Translations under genes and position numbers: made by a program
Shown here: positions 10,068 to 20,460 of the stretch, piece by piece
Layout of the letters: every line of letters starts with the position of its first letter
How positions within the stretch are numbered: position 1 is the stretch's first letter
IMG/VR virus record: IMGVR_UViG_2671180612_000001
Location: 1 to 64,000 of that record
Direction: 5' to 3' (one strand)
From: a virus
Taxonomy: Duplodnaviria > Caudoviricetes
Length of the DNA stretch: 64,000 bases
The notes under the pieces: model-generated
Databases searched by the model: none
What the model saw: only the letters and a program-made list of their open reading frames with translations
What the model was told of the DNA's origin: nothing

Positions 10068-10316
10068 ATGGGCTCTGCCCTTCGTTCCCTCGCCTCCCTG
10101 TTCCGCCGTCTGACCGCTCGCCAGAGCGTCGAGACCATCACGGCGCCGTTCGCCAAGATGGCTCGTGACCTCGAGATCCACGCGGCGTCGCAGACCGAGC
10201 AGGCCAACCGCGACGAGGCGTTCGCCCTCGACCTGCGCATGTCGGCCGCTGACCGCAAGAAGGAGGCTGAGCGCGCCTTGAACCTTGCCGGCGCGATCGG
10301 AGGGCTGGCGCGTTGA
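10068..10316 (+). CDS. Hypothetical protein
   Basis: AGGAG RBS; overlaps the next start. Confidence 0.65.
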   Translation: MGSALRSLASLFRRLTARQSVETITAPFAKMARDLEIHAASQTEQANRDEAFALDLRMSAADRKKEAERALNLAGAIGGLAR

Positions 10317-10537
10317 CTGGCAACGCCTTCTTCGCCCCGACCAAGAGCCGGGTGAAGGTCGGCATCGTCGCGCTGATCCTCCTGTGGGTCGGCCTCGCTC
10401 TCGGCGCCCTCGCCGCGACCGTCACGCACATCGTCGTGTGCATCCAGACCTCGAGCTGGATCCTCCTCATCATCGGGCTCTTCGCGTTCCCGGTCGGCTG
10501 GATCCACGGCGTCGGCACCTGGCTCGGGTTGTTCTGA
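10313..10537 (+). CDS. Small membrane protein
   Basis: Two hydrophobic helices. Confidence 0.6.
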   Translation: MTGNAFFAPTKSRVKVGIVALILLWVGLALGALAATVTHIVVCIQTSSWILLIIGLFAFPVGWIHGVGTWLGLF

Positions 10538-10583
10538 TCCCGAGCGACTATTCGACGAAAACCTCTGCTCGTCTTGCTATATA

Positions 10584-10613
10584 GAAATCGCGAAATCGAG
10601 AAATCTAGATTTC
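10584..10613. repeat. 8-bp phased GAAATCNN array in the SSB upstream region
   Basis: GAAATCGC GAAATCGA GAAATCTA GATTTC. Confidence 0.7.
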
Positions 10614-10683
10614 TAAGCTCGACGAGCAGCACCAAGTCAAAAGCACCAAGCGCTAAGCGCATGTTTGAAAAGGAACTACCCGA

Positions 10684-11667
10684 ATGTCCGCATTGCCCGC
10701 AGAACTCCAGAGCCTCGTCGCCAAGGGCCGCGCCAAGTATGGTCAGAGCGGCTCGCGCGTGAAGCCGAAGGACGGCCGCAACCGCTACCGTCTCCTGCTC
10801 AACCCCACGAAGCCGTGGGTCGATCTCGGCGTTCACTGGATCAAGCCGGAGAAGGACGCCAAGCCGATCGCCGTTGTCGGCTGCGAGAGCGTCGTCCACG
10901 ACAAGCCCTGCCCGATCTGCACGGCCGTCGACCGCGCCATCGGTGCGGCGATCGATGACGAGTCCAAGAAGTTCTACGAGGAGTGGAAGGTCAAGAAGTC
11001 GGTCATCATCAACGCCCTCGTCCGCACCAAGGGCGAGGAGTCGGATGACCCGCAGATCCTCGAGCTCACCCCGACGACCTTCGACCAGGTGCTCGCGATC
11101 GTCCAGTCGCACGCCGAGGAGGGTATCAACCTCTTCGACCCGAACGAGGGTATCGACATCGTGATCGAGAAGTCCGGTCGCGCCATGAACACCAAGTATC
11201 TGGTGCAGCCTGGCGCCGGCACGTCGAAGCCGGTTCCGACCGAGGCGATGAAGAAGCTCCACGACCTCGAGGCTCATATCGAGAAGGAGTTCTTCCGCGG
11301 CGACGAGACCAAGGCGCTGAACGCCATCGCGGCCACCGCGGGCGTCTCCGTTGCCGGCCTGCTCGCTTCGTCTCCGAAGCCGAAGGCGATCGCAGCTCCG
11401 TCGGCCACCAACGCGGCCGGCTCGAGCGTCGCCGAGGACGACGAGACCGAGACCACCGCACCTGCCACGCCGTCGGCGCTCACGGGCGCCACGCGCACCA
11501 AGCCCAAGCCTGCTCCCGAGCCGGAGCCGGAAGTTGTTGAAGAGGAAGACGAGACGGTCGAGGCCGAACCGGAAGCTCCGGTGAAGCCCGCCGCTGCGAA
11601 GCCGGCCGTTGCGCCGGCCGAGGACGACGGCATGGCCGACATCCTCTCGCAGCTCGACGACCTCTAA
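10684..11667 (+). CDS. T4 gp32-like single-stranded DNA-binding protein
   Basis: HW...C...PCPIC; DIVIEKSG...TKY; P/A/E-rich linker; acidic tail DDGMADILSQLDDL. Confidence 0.75.
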   Translation: MSALPAELQSLVAKGRAKYGQSGSRVKPKDGRNRYRLLLNPTKPWVDLGVHWIKPEKDAKPIAVVGCESVVHDKPCPICTAVDRAIGAAIDDESKKFYEEWKVKKSVIINALVRTKGEESDDPQILELTPTTFDQVLAIVQSHAEEGINLFDPNEGIDIVIEKSGRAMNTKYLVQPGAGTSKPVPTEAMKKLHDLEAHIEKEFFRGDETKALNAIAATAGVSVAGLLASSPKPKAIAAPSATNAAGSSVAEDDETETTAPATPSALTGATRTKPKPAPEPEPEVVEEEDETVEAEPEAPVKPAAAKPAVAPAEDDGMADILSQLDDL

Positions 11668-11708
11668 GCGTCGGTCGGCCCGGTTTCTCCGACGGGCCGA
11701 TACCACAA

Positions 11709-11745
11709 AGAGCGACGGGGTTTCTCCTTCCCCCGTCGCTCTTTT
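11709..11745 (+). terminator. Intrinsic terminator
   Basis: AGAGCGACGGGG...CCCCGTCGCTCT followed by T run. Confidence 0.7.
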
Positions 11746-11776
11746 CGTCTCCAGCACCGGCTTGAAAGGCATTCCC

Positions 11777-12037
11777 ATGACGATGTTTCTCGTCGAAGCC
11801 GAGCACCCGACCGTTCCGGGCATCGTTCGCTCGCTTCATCACTCCCACACCGGCGCGCAGACGGCCGCTGGCGAGCTTTGCGACCAGATCGCAGCCGACA
11901 TCGGCATCAAGGGCTGCACGGCCGTCAACGGTCTCGAGACCATGCAGCGCTGGATCGATGAATGGTGCGAGCGCGACGACGCCGACGCCGAGGACAGCGC
12001 CTACGTCTACATTCTCCCTCTCGTCCCGGCCGACTGA
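11777..12037 (+). CDS. Hypothetical protein
   Basis: GAAAGG RBS; TGATG coupling to the next gene. Confidence 0.6.
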   Translation: MTMFLVEAEHPTVPGIVRSLHHSHTGAQTAAGELCDQIAADIGIKGCTAVNGLETMQRWIDEWCERDDADAEDSAYVYILPLVPAD

Positions 12038-12972
12038 TGCAGAAGACCTACATCGTCATCGACGGCAACTCGATCGGCCACGCCGCGCAGGCGTCCACCA
12101 AGCTCAAGGTCGGCGCCCAGGAGGTCCAGGCGATCTTCGGCTTCCTCCGTTCGGTTCGCCCGCTCTTCGTTCGCTACCCGTCGGCGCATCCCATTGTGCT
12201 CTGGGACGGCCGCTCGTGGCGCAAGGACGCCTTCACCGAATACAAGGCCAACCGCGATCGCGAGGAGACCAAGTCCGAGAAGATCGCAGCCGCAGAGAAG
12301 GCAGCGTTCCAGGTCCAGCGCCCCTACATCGAGAAGGCGATGACGCTGCTCGGCGTCCCGCAGCTCAAGGCGATCAACATGGAAGCCGACGACCTCGCCG
12401 GCATCCTGGTCGAGAAGTTCGAGCGTGAGGGCCACAAGGCGCTCCTCGTGTCGGGCGACAAGGACTGGATCCAGCTCATCGGGCCGTCCGTGACCTGGTT
12501 CGATCCGATCCGTGACAAGCGAATCTCGCCGGCCAACCTCCTCGAGAAGCACGGCGTCGCCACGCCCCGCCAGTTCCTCGAGATGAAGGCGCTGATGGGC
12601 GACACCGGCGACAACATTCCGGGCGTCGGCGGCATCGGCGAGAAGACGGCCGTGAAGCTCCTTTCTGAGTTCGAGAGCGTCAAGAACCTGTCGAACCTCA
12701 TGCTCGAGGGCTCGCTCCCCAAGCAGGGGAAGATCGTGGAGCGGTTCCTGCGCGAGGGCCTAGAGCTTTTCGCGCGCAACGTCTCGCTGATGGACCTGCG
12801 CTCCGGCCCGCATCGGCCGGCGCCGATCAACATGCGCTTGAAGAAGGAAGCTCCGAACCTCGAGAACTTCCGCATCTTCTGCGAGCGGCTCGTGTTCCGC
12901 TCGATCCTGCGCGACTTCGACAACTGGTGCGCGCCGTTCTGCGGCACGCTTTTGGCACGCGAGGCAGCATAA
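12037..12972 (+). CDS. 5'-3' exonuclease / flap endonuclease (PolA N-terminal-like)
   Basis: IDGNS; YKANR; EADDLAG; SGDKDWIQL; GDTGDNIPGVGGIGEKTA. Confidence 0.92.
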   Translation: MQKTYIVIDGNSIGHAAQASTKLKVGAQEVQAIFGFLRSVRPLFVRYPSAHPIVLWDGRSWRKDAFTEYKANRDREETKSEKIAAAEKAAFQVQRPYIEKAMTLLGVPQLKAINMEADDLAGILVEKFEREGHKALLVSGDKDWIQLIGPSVTWFDPIRDKRISPANLLEKHGVATPRQFLEMKALMGDTGDNIPGVGGIGEKTAVKLLSEFESVKNLSNLMLEGSLPKQGKIVERFLREGLELFARNVSLMDLRSGPHRPAPINMRLKKEAPNLENFRIFCERLVFRSILRDFDNWCAPFCGTLLAREAA

Positions 12973-12975
12973 GTA

Positions 12976-13383
12976 ATGACTTACGTATCCGAGGACAAAG
13001 GGCGCAAGTCGGCGATCGAAACGGCCGTGCAGCGGGTCGCGACCGGGATCGCGGGCTTCTCCAAGACCGTCACCAAGCTCGGCATGAGCGTCGAGGACGT
13101 GGACAAGGTGTTCGCGCACTTCCAGCGCACGCTCTCGATCGCCCACGCCAGCGCCCGCGCGCTCGCCGGCGCATCCGAGGCCGCGAGCTTCTCGCTCGAC
13201 GCGCTGATCCCGCCGCCCGTCGCCGGCCCGAGCGTCCTGCCCCCTCCCCTTTCGCCCGCGCCACCGGCCGGGCGCCCGCCAAACCTGACCGGCGTCCAGC
13301 GCTACGGCGGTCAGGAACGCCTCGTCGGCCAGCCGAAGACCGGCACGCCCGACGACATCGACTTCATCGAAGACGACGAATAG
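12976..13383 (+). CDS. Hypothetical protein with Pro-rich segment and acidic tail
   Basis: ORF between exonuclease and recA; start overlaps an operator-like site at 12971-12986. Confidence 0.6.
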   Translation: MTYVSEDKGRKSAIETAVQRVATGIAGFSKTVTKLGMSVEDVDKVFAHFQRTLSIAHASARALAGASEAASFSLDALIPPPVAGPSVLPPPLSPAPPAGRPPNLTGVQRYGGQERLVGQPKTGTPDDIDFIEDDE

Positions 13384-13394
13384 GAGAACCTCAC

Positions 13395-14471
13395 ATGGCA
13401 TCTGCCAAGAACATCGCCGGCCTGCTCGCGGGTATCACGGGCGGCAACGACGAGCCGTCCACCGTCACGCAGTTCCTCTCGGTCGGCTTCCCGCCGCTCA
13501 ACCACGCCCTGACGCACTCCTACGACGGCGGCTTGCCGGTCGGGCGCTGCGTCGAAATCTACGGCCCCGAGTCGTCGGGCAAGACCGCGCTCGCCACGAT
13601 GGCGATGAAGGCCGCGCAGGACATGGGCGGCTTTGCGGGCTTCTCGGACCACGAGCGGTCCTTCGAGTTCGACCAGGCGGAAAGCATCGGCCTCGATACG
13701 ACCGGCGCCTTCGTCTACAAGAAGCCCAAGACCTTCGAGGAGTCGATCGCGCTCTGCGTCTCGGTCTGCTCGCAGGTCCGCAAGGCGAAGGTCATTCCGG
13801 ACGACGCCCCGATCTGCTGGGTGTTCGACTCCCTCGCCACGATGGTCCCGGACTCGGCCTACTACGACCAGAAGACCGGCAAGGAGAAGACCCCGGATCA
13901 GCGCTCGATGCACGACAACACGGCGCTTGCCCGCGCAACGTCGGCGCACTTCCCGGCCTTCGTGCAGCACTGCGAGGAGCTCGGCATCTGCGCGATCTTC
14001 CTCAACCAGATCCGCATGAACATCGGCGTCGTCTACGGCAACCCGGAGACCACGCCGGGCGGCAAGAGCCCGAAATTCTTCTTCACGCAGCGGATCTCGC
14101 TGTCCTCGCAGAAGATCACCAAGGGCTCGGGCGCGGACGCCGAGGTGCTCGGCTCCGTCATCAAGGCCAAGGTCATCAAGAACAAGGTCTCCCGGCCGTT
14201 CGAGACCGCGGAATATCGCTTCGAGTTCCAGGACGACGGTTCGGGCAAGTTCGCGGTCGCCCGGTCCCTGATCGAGTTCCTGATCGGCGAGAAGATCCTC
14301 AAGCTGTCGGGCGCCTACGTCGAGTGGATCGACGGCAAGAAGTATTATCGCGGGCCGCTCGCCGACAAGGTCGAGGCCGAAGGGCTCCTGCCCGAGCTGA
14401 TCAAGCTCCTGCCGGCCGAATACGAGGCGCCGGTCGCCGTCGAGGAAGACGGCCAGGAAGAAGCGGCCTGA
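13395..14471 (+). CDS. recA: RecA recombinase
   Basis: GRCVEIYGPESSGKT; FDSLA; IFLNQIRMNIGVVYGNPETTPGG; KNKVSRPF. Confidence 0.93.
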   Translation: MASAKNIAGLLAGITGGNDEPSTVTQFLSVGFPPLNHALTHSYDGGLPVGRCVEIYGPESSGKTALATMAMKAAQDMGGFAGFSDHERSFEFDQAESIGLDTTGAFVYKKPKTFEESIALCVSVCSQVRKAKVIPDDAPICWVFDSLATMVPDSAYYDQKTGKEKTPDQRSMHDNTALARATSAHFPAFVQHCEELGICAIFLNQIRMNIGVVYGNPETTPGGKSPKFFFTQRISLSSQKITKGSGADAEVLGSVIKAKVIKNKVSRPFETAEYRFEFQDDGSGKFAVARSLIEFLIGEKILKLSGAYVEWIDGKKYYRGPLADKVEAEGLLPELIKLLPAEYEAPVAVEEDGQEEAA

Positions 14472-14625
14472 CGCTTCGCGCTCACGACGCCGGGGCCTCG
14501 AGCTCCGGCGTTTTCCGTTCCGCACCAGCTCCGAAAGCTCGTCATGCCGTCCGAAAACGTCGCATCAGGATTCACTCCCTGCGCACCCGTGACTATACAG
14601 ATCGTCACGAGAAAGGTTCGTGCGT

Positions 14626-15111
14626 ATGAAGGTCATTTCCATCTGGCAACCGTTTGCGTCGCTCGCGGTCCACGGGTTCAAGTTCTACGAGACCCGCGGC
14701 TGGCCGGCGCCCGCCTCCCTGATCGGGCAGCGGATCGGGATCGCGTCCACCAAGAACCTCAAGCCCGAGCAGCGCGCGGCCGTCGAGGACGAGGAGTTCG
14801 CGGACTTCTACGCCGACACCAAGCTTCCGCCGCTGGACGAGCTTCCGCTCGGCTGTCTCCTTGGGACGGTCGTCGTGGACGGCTGCGAGCAGATCACCGA
14901 GGAGCTCGTCGACCAGGTGACGCGCGAGGAGCAGCTCTTCGGCTGGTGGGAGCTCGGACGCTACGCCTGGCGCCTGCGGGACCGGGAGCTCTACGCCGAG
15001 CCCATTCCGGTGCGCGGCAAGCAGGGTATCTGGACCTTCGAGGAGCAGCCGACCAACGTGATCTCCTTCGCTTCGCGGATGCCCGCGCATGGTGAAGGCT
15101 TCTTCGCATAA
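14626..15111 (+). CDS. ASCH domain protein
   Basis: ISIWQPFASL...KFYETRGW; PIPVRGKQGIW. Confidence 0.85.
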   Translation: MKVISIWQPFASLAVHGFKFYETRGWPAPASLIGQRIGIASTKNLKPEQRAAVEDEEFADFYADTKLPPLDELPLGCLLGTVVVDGCEQITEELVDQVTREEQLFGWWELGRYAWRLRDRELYAEPIPVRGKQGIWTFEEQPTNVISFASRMPAHGEGFFA

Positions 15112-15493
15112 GGTCGAGCTGGTCAAGCGCGGCAGGCGCACCTACGGCGGCATCTACACGCTGCCGACCGGCGATCGGGTCTATCTCGCCCATCGCCGGC
15201 TGAAGGAGATCTTCCGCTCCGGCGAGAAGACGATCTCGGACGCGATCCGCAAGGGCGTCGCGTGCTGGGCGATGGACGACGAGACCCTCCTCGTCATGCG
15301 GTCCAAGGGCATCGAGTTCGTCGGCGTGAAGCTGCGCGAGACGGACGATGTCTGGATCACCCGGCTCGACTATTTCCGGGACTCCAAGTTCGCCAAGATC
15401 ATGAACTACGAGAGCCGCGGCGGCGCGCTCCAGCGATACCTGCCGCTCACGTTCTTTCGCCACAAGCCTGGCAATCGCAAGCAGAAGCTCTGA
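15089..15493 (+). CDS. Hypothetical protein
   Basis: ORF with typical codon usage. Confidence 0.65.
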   Translation: MVKASSHKVELVKRGRRTYGGIYTLPTGDRVYLAHRRLKEIFRSGEKTISDAIRKGVACWAMDDETLLVMRSKGIEFVGVKLRETDDVWITRLDYFRDSKFAKIMNYESRGGALQRYLPLTFFRHKPGNRKQKL

Positions 15494-15562
15494 TCCCTCG
15501 CGCATTCCGATGACGCGAACGCTATAAGATACGTAAGAGCTTACGTTTCATAAGGAGAGACG

Positions 15563-16663
15563 ATGACCTACGGGATCATCAGCGACATCCATTCGCACGA
15601 CTGGTCGACCATGTCGTCGATCAACGAGGATGGCGTGAACACGCGCCTTGCCGCGACGCTGAAGGAGATCGACCGCGCGGCCGACACCATCGTCAAGGCG
15701 AAGGGCCGCGTCCTCGTCGTCGACGGCGACCTCTTCCACTCGCGCGGCAAGCTCGACCCCGAGGTCTTCAACCTCACGCACGACACGTTCGTCGGCATCC
15801 TCAAGCGGCACCCCGAGCTCGAGATCGTCGGCATCCCCGGCAACCACGACCTCAAGTCCGACGACACCAAGGAGCTGTCGAACGCCTTCCGCTCGTTCGC
15901 CGCGATCGACCCGAACCGGATCACGATCTTCTACCAGGCGGACTCGATCGTCTTCGACCGCGGGCCGCGCCTCGCGTTCGTGCCCTGGCGCAAGCGCCAC
16001 GAGGATCTGATCGCCGACGTCGAGCGCCTGGCCGACCGGCTCGGCGCCCATATCGACGAGTTCGACCTTCACATGCACGTCGGCTTCGACGGCACGCTCT
16101 CGACCATGCCTGATCACGGCATGACGTCCGACTTCTTCGTGGCCTACGGCTTCCGGAACGTGTTCTCGGGCCACTATCACCACTTCAAGGACTTCGGAAA
16201 CCGGGGCTACTCGGTCGGCGCGCTCACGCATCAGACCTGGGGCGACGTCGGAACGCGCGCAGGCTTCGTCCTCGTGAAGGGCGACGGCTCGGTCGAACAC
16301 CGCGCGTCCCACGCGCCCAACTTCGTCGATGTGACCGACCTCGATCCGGCCGACATGGCGCTCGAATGCGACGGCAACTTCGTGCGCTTCCGCGGCGAGA
16401 ACCTGAAGGAGTCGGAGATCAACCAGCTCCGCGACTTCTTCAAGAAGTCCGGCGCCGTCGGCGTCCATATGGCCGTCACCAAGGAGAAGCCGTCCGCGCG
16501 CGGCACCAAGGTCCAGACGTCCACGACGACGCTCAACCAGTCCGTCGCCTCCTATGTCGATCACGCCTTCAAGGAGCGGCCGGCCGACCGTGTTGCGGCG
16601 ATCCAGGCGCGCGCCGGCGCGATCCTCAAGGACGTGCAATCCCTGTCCGGAGCAGCCGCATGA
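15563..16663 (+). CDS. sbcD: SbcD/Mre11-like metallophosphoesterase nuclease
   Basis: SDIH; GDLFH; GNHD; SGHYH. Confidence 0.88.
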   Translation: MTYGIISDIHSHDWSTMSSINEDGVNTRLAATLKEIDRAADTIVKAKGRVLVVDGDLFHSRGKLDPEVFNLTHDTFVGILKRHPELEIVGIPGNHDLKSDDTKELSNAFRSFAAIDPNRITIFYQADSIVFDRGPRLAFVPWRKRHEDLIADVERLADRLGAHIDEFDLHMHVGFDGTLSTMPDHGMTSDFFVAYGFRNVFSGHYHHFKDFGNRGYSVGALTHQTWGDVGTRAGFVLVKGDGSVEHRASHAPNFVDVTDLDPADMALECDGNFVRFRGENLKESEINQLRDFFKKSGAVGVHMAVTKEKPSARGTKVQTSTTTLNQSVASYVDHAFKERPADRVAAIQARAGAILKDVQSLSGAAA

Positions 16664-17103
16664 CGACCAAGGGCCTCATTTTCAGCGACGAGCGCACCGA
16701 ATACTACAGGAAGGGCCGCGAGGTTCTCGAGGTGAAGACTTGCGCGTGCTGCTGCTGCGAAGGCAACTACGACGCCTGGGTCTACAAAAAGGGTGAGCCG
16801 GCGCAGAGCTGTGGCGTCTCCCTCTCCTACCTCAAGGACTGGACGCTGATGACCCGCCGCGACGCCGAGAAGCGCGTCGCGAAGATGGGCCACGCACTCT
16901 TCCTGGGCGTCATCAACGAGGAATACCGGACACCGGAGCAGAAGCTCTGGGAGCATGTCGCCGGCTTCATCGTGAAGCAGGACATTCACCACTCCGAGAC
17001 CGTCTACCAGTCCGACCGCGTGATCCAGAACGCCTACGAGTTCGTCGACGGCTGCTGCCAGATCGTCGGTTTCAAACCCATGGACAGGGAGGACGACGAC
17101 TGA
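16660..17103 (+). CDS. Hypothetical protein
   Basis: ATGA overlap with sbcD; Cys-rich CACCCC segment. Confidence 0.6.
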   Translation: MTTKGLIFSDERTEYYRKGREVLEVKTCACCCCEGNYDAWVYKKGEPAQSCGVSLSYLKDWTLMTRRDAEKRVAKMGHALFLGVINEEYRTPEQKLWEHVAGFIVKQDIHHSETVYQSDRVIQNAYEFVDGCCQIVGFKPMDREDDD

Positions 17104-17321
17104 TGGAGCTCACCCGACGCCAGCATGGCTCGCAGCGCGCAAAGCGCCCCATGAAGGTGACGCTCGAGCCGAACTTCACCGGCCAGGGCGGCACCAAGCG
17201 CCTGACCTTCAAGACCGAGTCCGGCGAATACCTGATGTTCGAGCCGGAGAGCGACGCGGAGATGCGCGAGCTCCTGTCCGAGGTCCACATCGTCCACCAC
17301 AACTTCAGGGAAACCCGATGA
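17103..17321 (+). CDS. Hypothetical protein
   Basis: Translationally coupled on both sides. Confidence 0.6.
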   Translation: MELTRRQHGSQRAKRPMKVTLEPNFTGQGGTKRLTFKTESGEYLMFEPESDAEMRELLSEVHIVHHNFRETR

Positions 17322-19255
17322 AATTTCCGGAAATCGAGATTTCCAACTTTCTAGCCATCACCGAGGCCAAGCTCGCGCTGTCCGATCGTGGCCTCGTGCT
17401 GATCCAGGGCGAGAACCGCGACGACACGTCCGCGCTGTCGAACGGCGCCGGCAAGTCGAGCCTCTTCGATGCCTTGTGCTGGGCGATCTACGGCGTCACG
17501 GCGCGCGAGGCGACCGGCGATGACGTCATCAACGACGCGGCCAGCAAGGGCACGCGGGTCGCGGTCACGCTGGACGATGACGGTCAGCTCTACACGATCG
17601 CGCGCCATCGCAAGCACAAGGCCAACAAGAACCGCGTCACGCTCCACCTGCACAACGCGGACGGCACGCTCAAGGATCTGACGCTCGGCAAGGACGCGCT
17701 CACGCAGGTCGCGATCGACAAGCTGATCGGGTGCCCGCTCGAGGTCTTCGCCGCATCGATCTACGCGGCGCAGGAGAAGATGCCGGACCTGCCGGCGATG
17801 ACGGACAAGACCTTGAAGCTGATCGTCGAGGAAGCGTCCGGCGTGACGATCCTCGAGGCGGCGCTCACCAAGGCGCGCGAGGAGCTGCGCGCGGCCAAGA
17901 TCGCCCACGAGGACGAATATCGCCGGCTCGGCTCGCTCCAGTCGCAGATCAACCAGGCCGAGGCCGACCAGAACGCTTCCGACGTCGATCGCGACGCCTG
18001 GAACCAGCGCCAGGCCGCGCAGGTCTCGCGCTACGGCGTCGAGGTGCGCGAGGCCGTCCAGGCGGCGCAGGACGCAGCCAAGGACCGCGACAAGATCGAC
18101 ATCGCCAACGTGCGCGCCGGGATCGGTGCGGTCGAAGCGCGAATCTCGTCGGTGAACGAAGAGCAGACGCGCCTTGCCGAGCTGACCCGCGACGCATCCC
18201 AAGCCGAGAACCAGGCCGAGCAGCACAAGCGCGACGCCCTCTCGCTGCGGGACACCTTCGAGAAGGGGCAGAAGAAGCTCAAGGACGTCGAGCACCAGGT
18301 CGGCTGTCCCTGCACGAGCTGCGGGCGCGACCTGACGGCCGAGGAGATCGCGCCGACCAAGACGCGCATCCAGACGGAGCAGAACGAGACCAAGGAGCTC
18401 TACGACAAGTCGCGGGCAGCGTATCAGGCCGCGCAGAAACGCACACAGGAGCTCCAGGAAGCGCGTGATGCGTTCAAAGCGACGATGACAGACCTGTCGG
18501 CGTCGATCGCGTCCCTGGCCGCTCTACGCGAGCAGGAGCGCCTTTGGGCCGCGCTCGACACCAAGGTCGAGAACGCCAAGCGCACGGCGCGCGAGGCGGC
18601 GCAGAAGGGCAAGGATCTCGCGGCCGAGACGAACCCGCACGACGCGGCCGTCGAGCGCATTACCAAGCGGATCGACACGCTCACTAAGGAGATCGCCGGC
18701 GCGAACGAGAAGCTGAAGGATCTCGAGGAAGCGTCCGAGATCGCGTCGGACGTCGTGGCCGTGTTCTCGCCGGCCGGCGTGCGCGCGCACATCCTCGACG
18801 AGGTGACGCCGTTCCTCAACCAGCAGACCTCGCTCTACCTGTCCTCGCTGTCGGATGGGAACATCGAGGCGACCTGGACGACGCTGACGAACGACTCCAA
18901 GGGCGAGGCCAAGGAGAAGTTCACGATCGAGGTCGTCAACGACAAGGGCGGGAAGCAGTTCAAGAACCAGTCGGGCGGCGAGAAGCGCAAGGTCCGGCTC
19001 GCGACGGCGCTGGCGCTCCAGGATCTCGTGGCGCGGCGCGCGTCCAAGCCGATCGAGTTGTTCATCGGCGACGAGATCGACGACGCCCTCGACGGCGCCG
19101 GCCTCGAGCGGCTGACGACGGTCCTCGAGGAGAAGGCACGCGAGCGCGGGTCGGTGTTCGTGATCAGCCACGAAGACCTCAAAAGCTGGATTCCCCAGCA
19201 GATCCGCGTCATCAAGGAGAACGGAAAGACGTCGATAGTCGAGGAGGTCGGGTAG
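17318..19255 (+). CDS. sbcC: SbcC/Rad50-like ATPase
   Basis: NGAGKSSL; coiled coil with CTSC zinc hook; SGGEK signature; FIGDEID; ISH. Confidence 0.9.
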   Translation: MKFPEIEISNFLAITEAKLALSDRGLVLIQGENRDDTSALSNGAGKSSLFDALCWAIYGVTAREATGDDVINDAASKGTRVAVTLDDDGQLYTIARHRKHKANKNRVTLHLHNADGTLKDLTLGKDALTQVAIDKLIGCPLEVFAASIYAAQEKMPDLPAMTDKTLKLIVEEASGVTILEAALTKAREELRAAKIAHEDEYRRLGSLQSQINQAEADQNASDVDRDAWNQRQAAQVSRYGVEVREAVQAAQDAAKDRDKIDIANVRAGIGAVEARISSVNEEQTRLAELTRDASQAENQAEQHKRDALSLRDTFEKGQKKLKDVEHQVGCPCTSCGRDLTAEEIAPTKTRIQTEQNETKELYDKSRAAYQAAQKRTQELQEARDAFKATMTDLSASIASLAALREQERLWAALDTKVENAKRTAREAAQKGKDLAAETNPHDAAVERITKRIDTLTKEIAGANEKLKDLEEASEIASDVVAVFSPAGVRAHILDEVTPFLNQQTSLYLSSLSDGNIEATWTTLTNDSKGEAKEKFTIEVVNDKGGKQFKNQSGGEKRKVRLATALALQDLVARRASKPIELFIGDEIDDALDGAGLERLTTVLEEKARERGSVFVISHEDLKSWIPQQIRVIKENGKTSIVEEVG

Positions 19256-19258
19256 CGA

Positions 19259-19909
19259 ATGGGCGATTTTGAGCGGACGTTCGGTGCTGGCGCGAACCCA
19301 GACATGTTTCTTGGCGACTCGCGAAAGAAACGCACACCGGACATCCGCGCTGTGCAGGTTCGCTTCGCACCAGAGGGGAAGCCCTGTCTGGTTAACTGCT
19401 CTCTATCGGTGGAGCTCGGCGACTTCGTCGTGGTAAGGGCCAAAGATCACTTCACGCAGTTTCTTCTTGCCCAAGTCTGCCAGATCGACCTTCGTTCTCG
19501 CGGGGAATGCAAGCATTCGGTGGTGTGTCGGCAGGCAGATCAGGAGAGCTACGGTTCCGGCCCAGACCATGTCCGAACTGCTGAACGTCTGGACGTTTTC
19601 CTGAAGGACGCGATGAAGTGGCGTTGTTATCCCGTGCGCGACCCGCAGGGGAAGTGGCTTACCGCCTACGTTAGGGGCTATCCCTCCTACAGTCCCGGCA
19701 ATGTGCAGGCGTTCTACATCATCGCTTTGGGTGCTGATAAAATTGGCAAAACCCGGCCGGGGATCCATCCGGAGGATGGTATGCTGCTTCATACCAAAGA
19801 CGGCGAGATTACCAATTTGCCGACGATCTTCGCACCTCACTACGAAGGCGCTGACAGATTTTCGCGAGCCGCTGCTTACGCGGAGAGCGTGCTGATCGAA
19901 GAGGCTTGA
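19259..19909 (+). CDS. Hypothetical protein with atypical, lower-GC codon usage
   Basis: Many T-ending codons; GGAGG RBS. Confidence 0.55.
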   Translation: MGDFERTFGAGANPDMFLGDSRKKRTPDIRAVQVRFAPEGKPCLVNCSLSVELGDFVVVRAKDHFTQFLLAQVCQIDLRSRGECKHSVVCRQADQESYGSGPDHVRTAERLDVFLKDAMKWRCYPVRDPQGKWLTAYVRGYPSYSPGNVQAFYIIALGADKIGKTRPGIHPEDGMLLHTKDGEITNLPTIFAPHYEGADRFSRAAAYAESVLIEEA

Positions 19910-19983
19910 AAACTCGAGACTTCCATTTGCGCTTCGCTATATGAGAAGATAAGCAAGCGCTTACTTTCCAACAGAGGGCCAAC

Positions 19984-20460
19984 ATGAGCCAGAAAGACGA
20001 TCAGAAGGCGGCGGACGTGACTGCCTTCCTCCTCGAGGCCGCTGAAAAGGCGGATCTCACCTTCAACGCGCCGGCCAACGTCAAGCTCGCCATCGAGCGC
20101 GAGGACGGATCGTTCCGCAAGAAGCCGACGCTCGGCGGCGAGGAGTTTCTGCTCCAGAAGGTCCGCATCGGCGCTCGCGGCAAGCCGATCTTCCGCTTCG
20201 AGCCGGCCGACAAGCAGGACTATGTCGCGGCCGAGGTCGAGCTGGGCAAGGTCGGCGATGAGATGCCCGGCTTTGCGGACTGGATCGTGCAACTCGCCGA
20301 GTCCCACGGCTCGCGCTCCACGACGCTCAAGAGCGCCTATGCGTTCCTCGAGCTCCAGGCCGCGAAGGTCGCCGAGCAGACGGCAGAGCGCGCCGAGCAG
20401 AAGCGCATCGAGAAGGCCGCAGAGGACTACGCCGACAACCCGAACTTCGGGATGTTCTGA
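19984..20460 (+). CDS. Hypothetical protein ending NPNFGMF
   Basis: Operator at 19951-19966 upstream; coupled to ruvC. Confidence 0.7.
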   Translation: MSQKDDQKAADVTAFLLEAAEKADLTFNAPANVKLAIEREDGSFRKKPTLGGEEFLLQKVRIGARGKPIFRFEPADKQDYVAAEVELGKVGDEMPGFADWIVQLAESHGSRSTTLKSAYAFLELQAAKVAEQTAERAEQKRIEKAAEDYADNPNFGMF

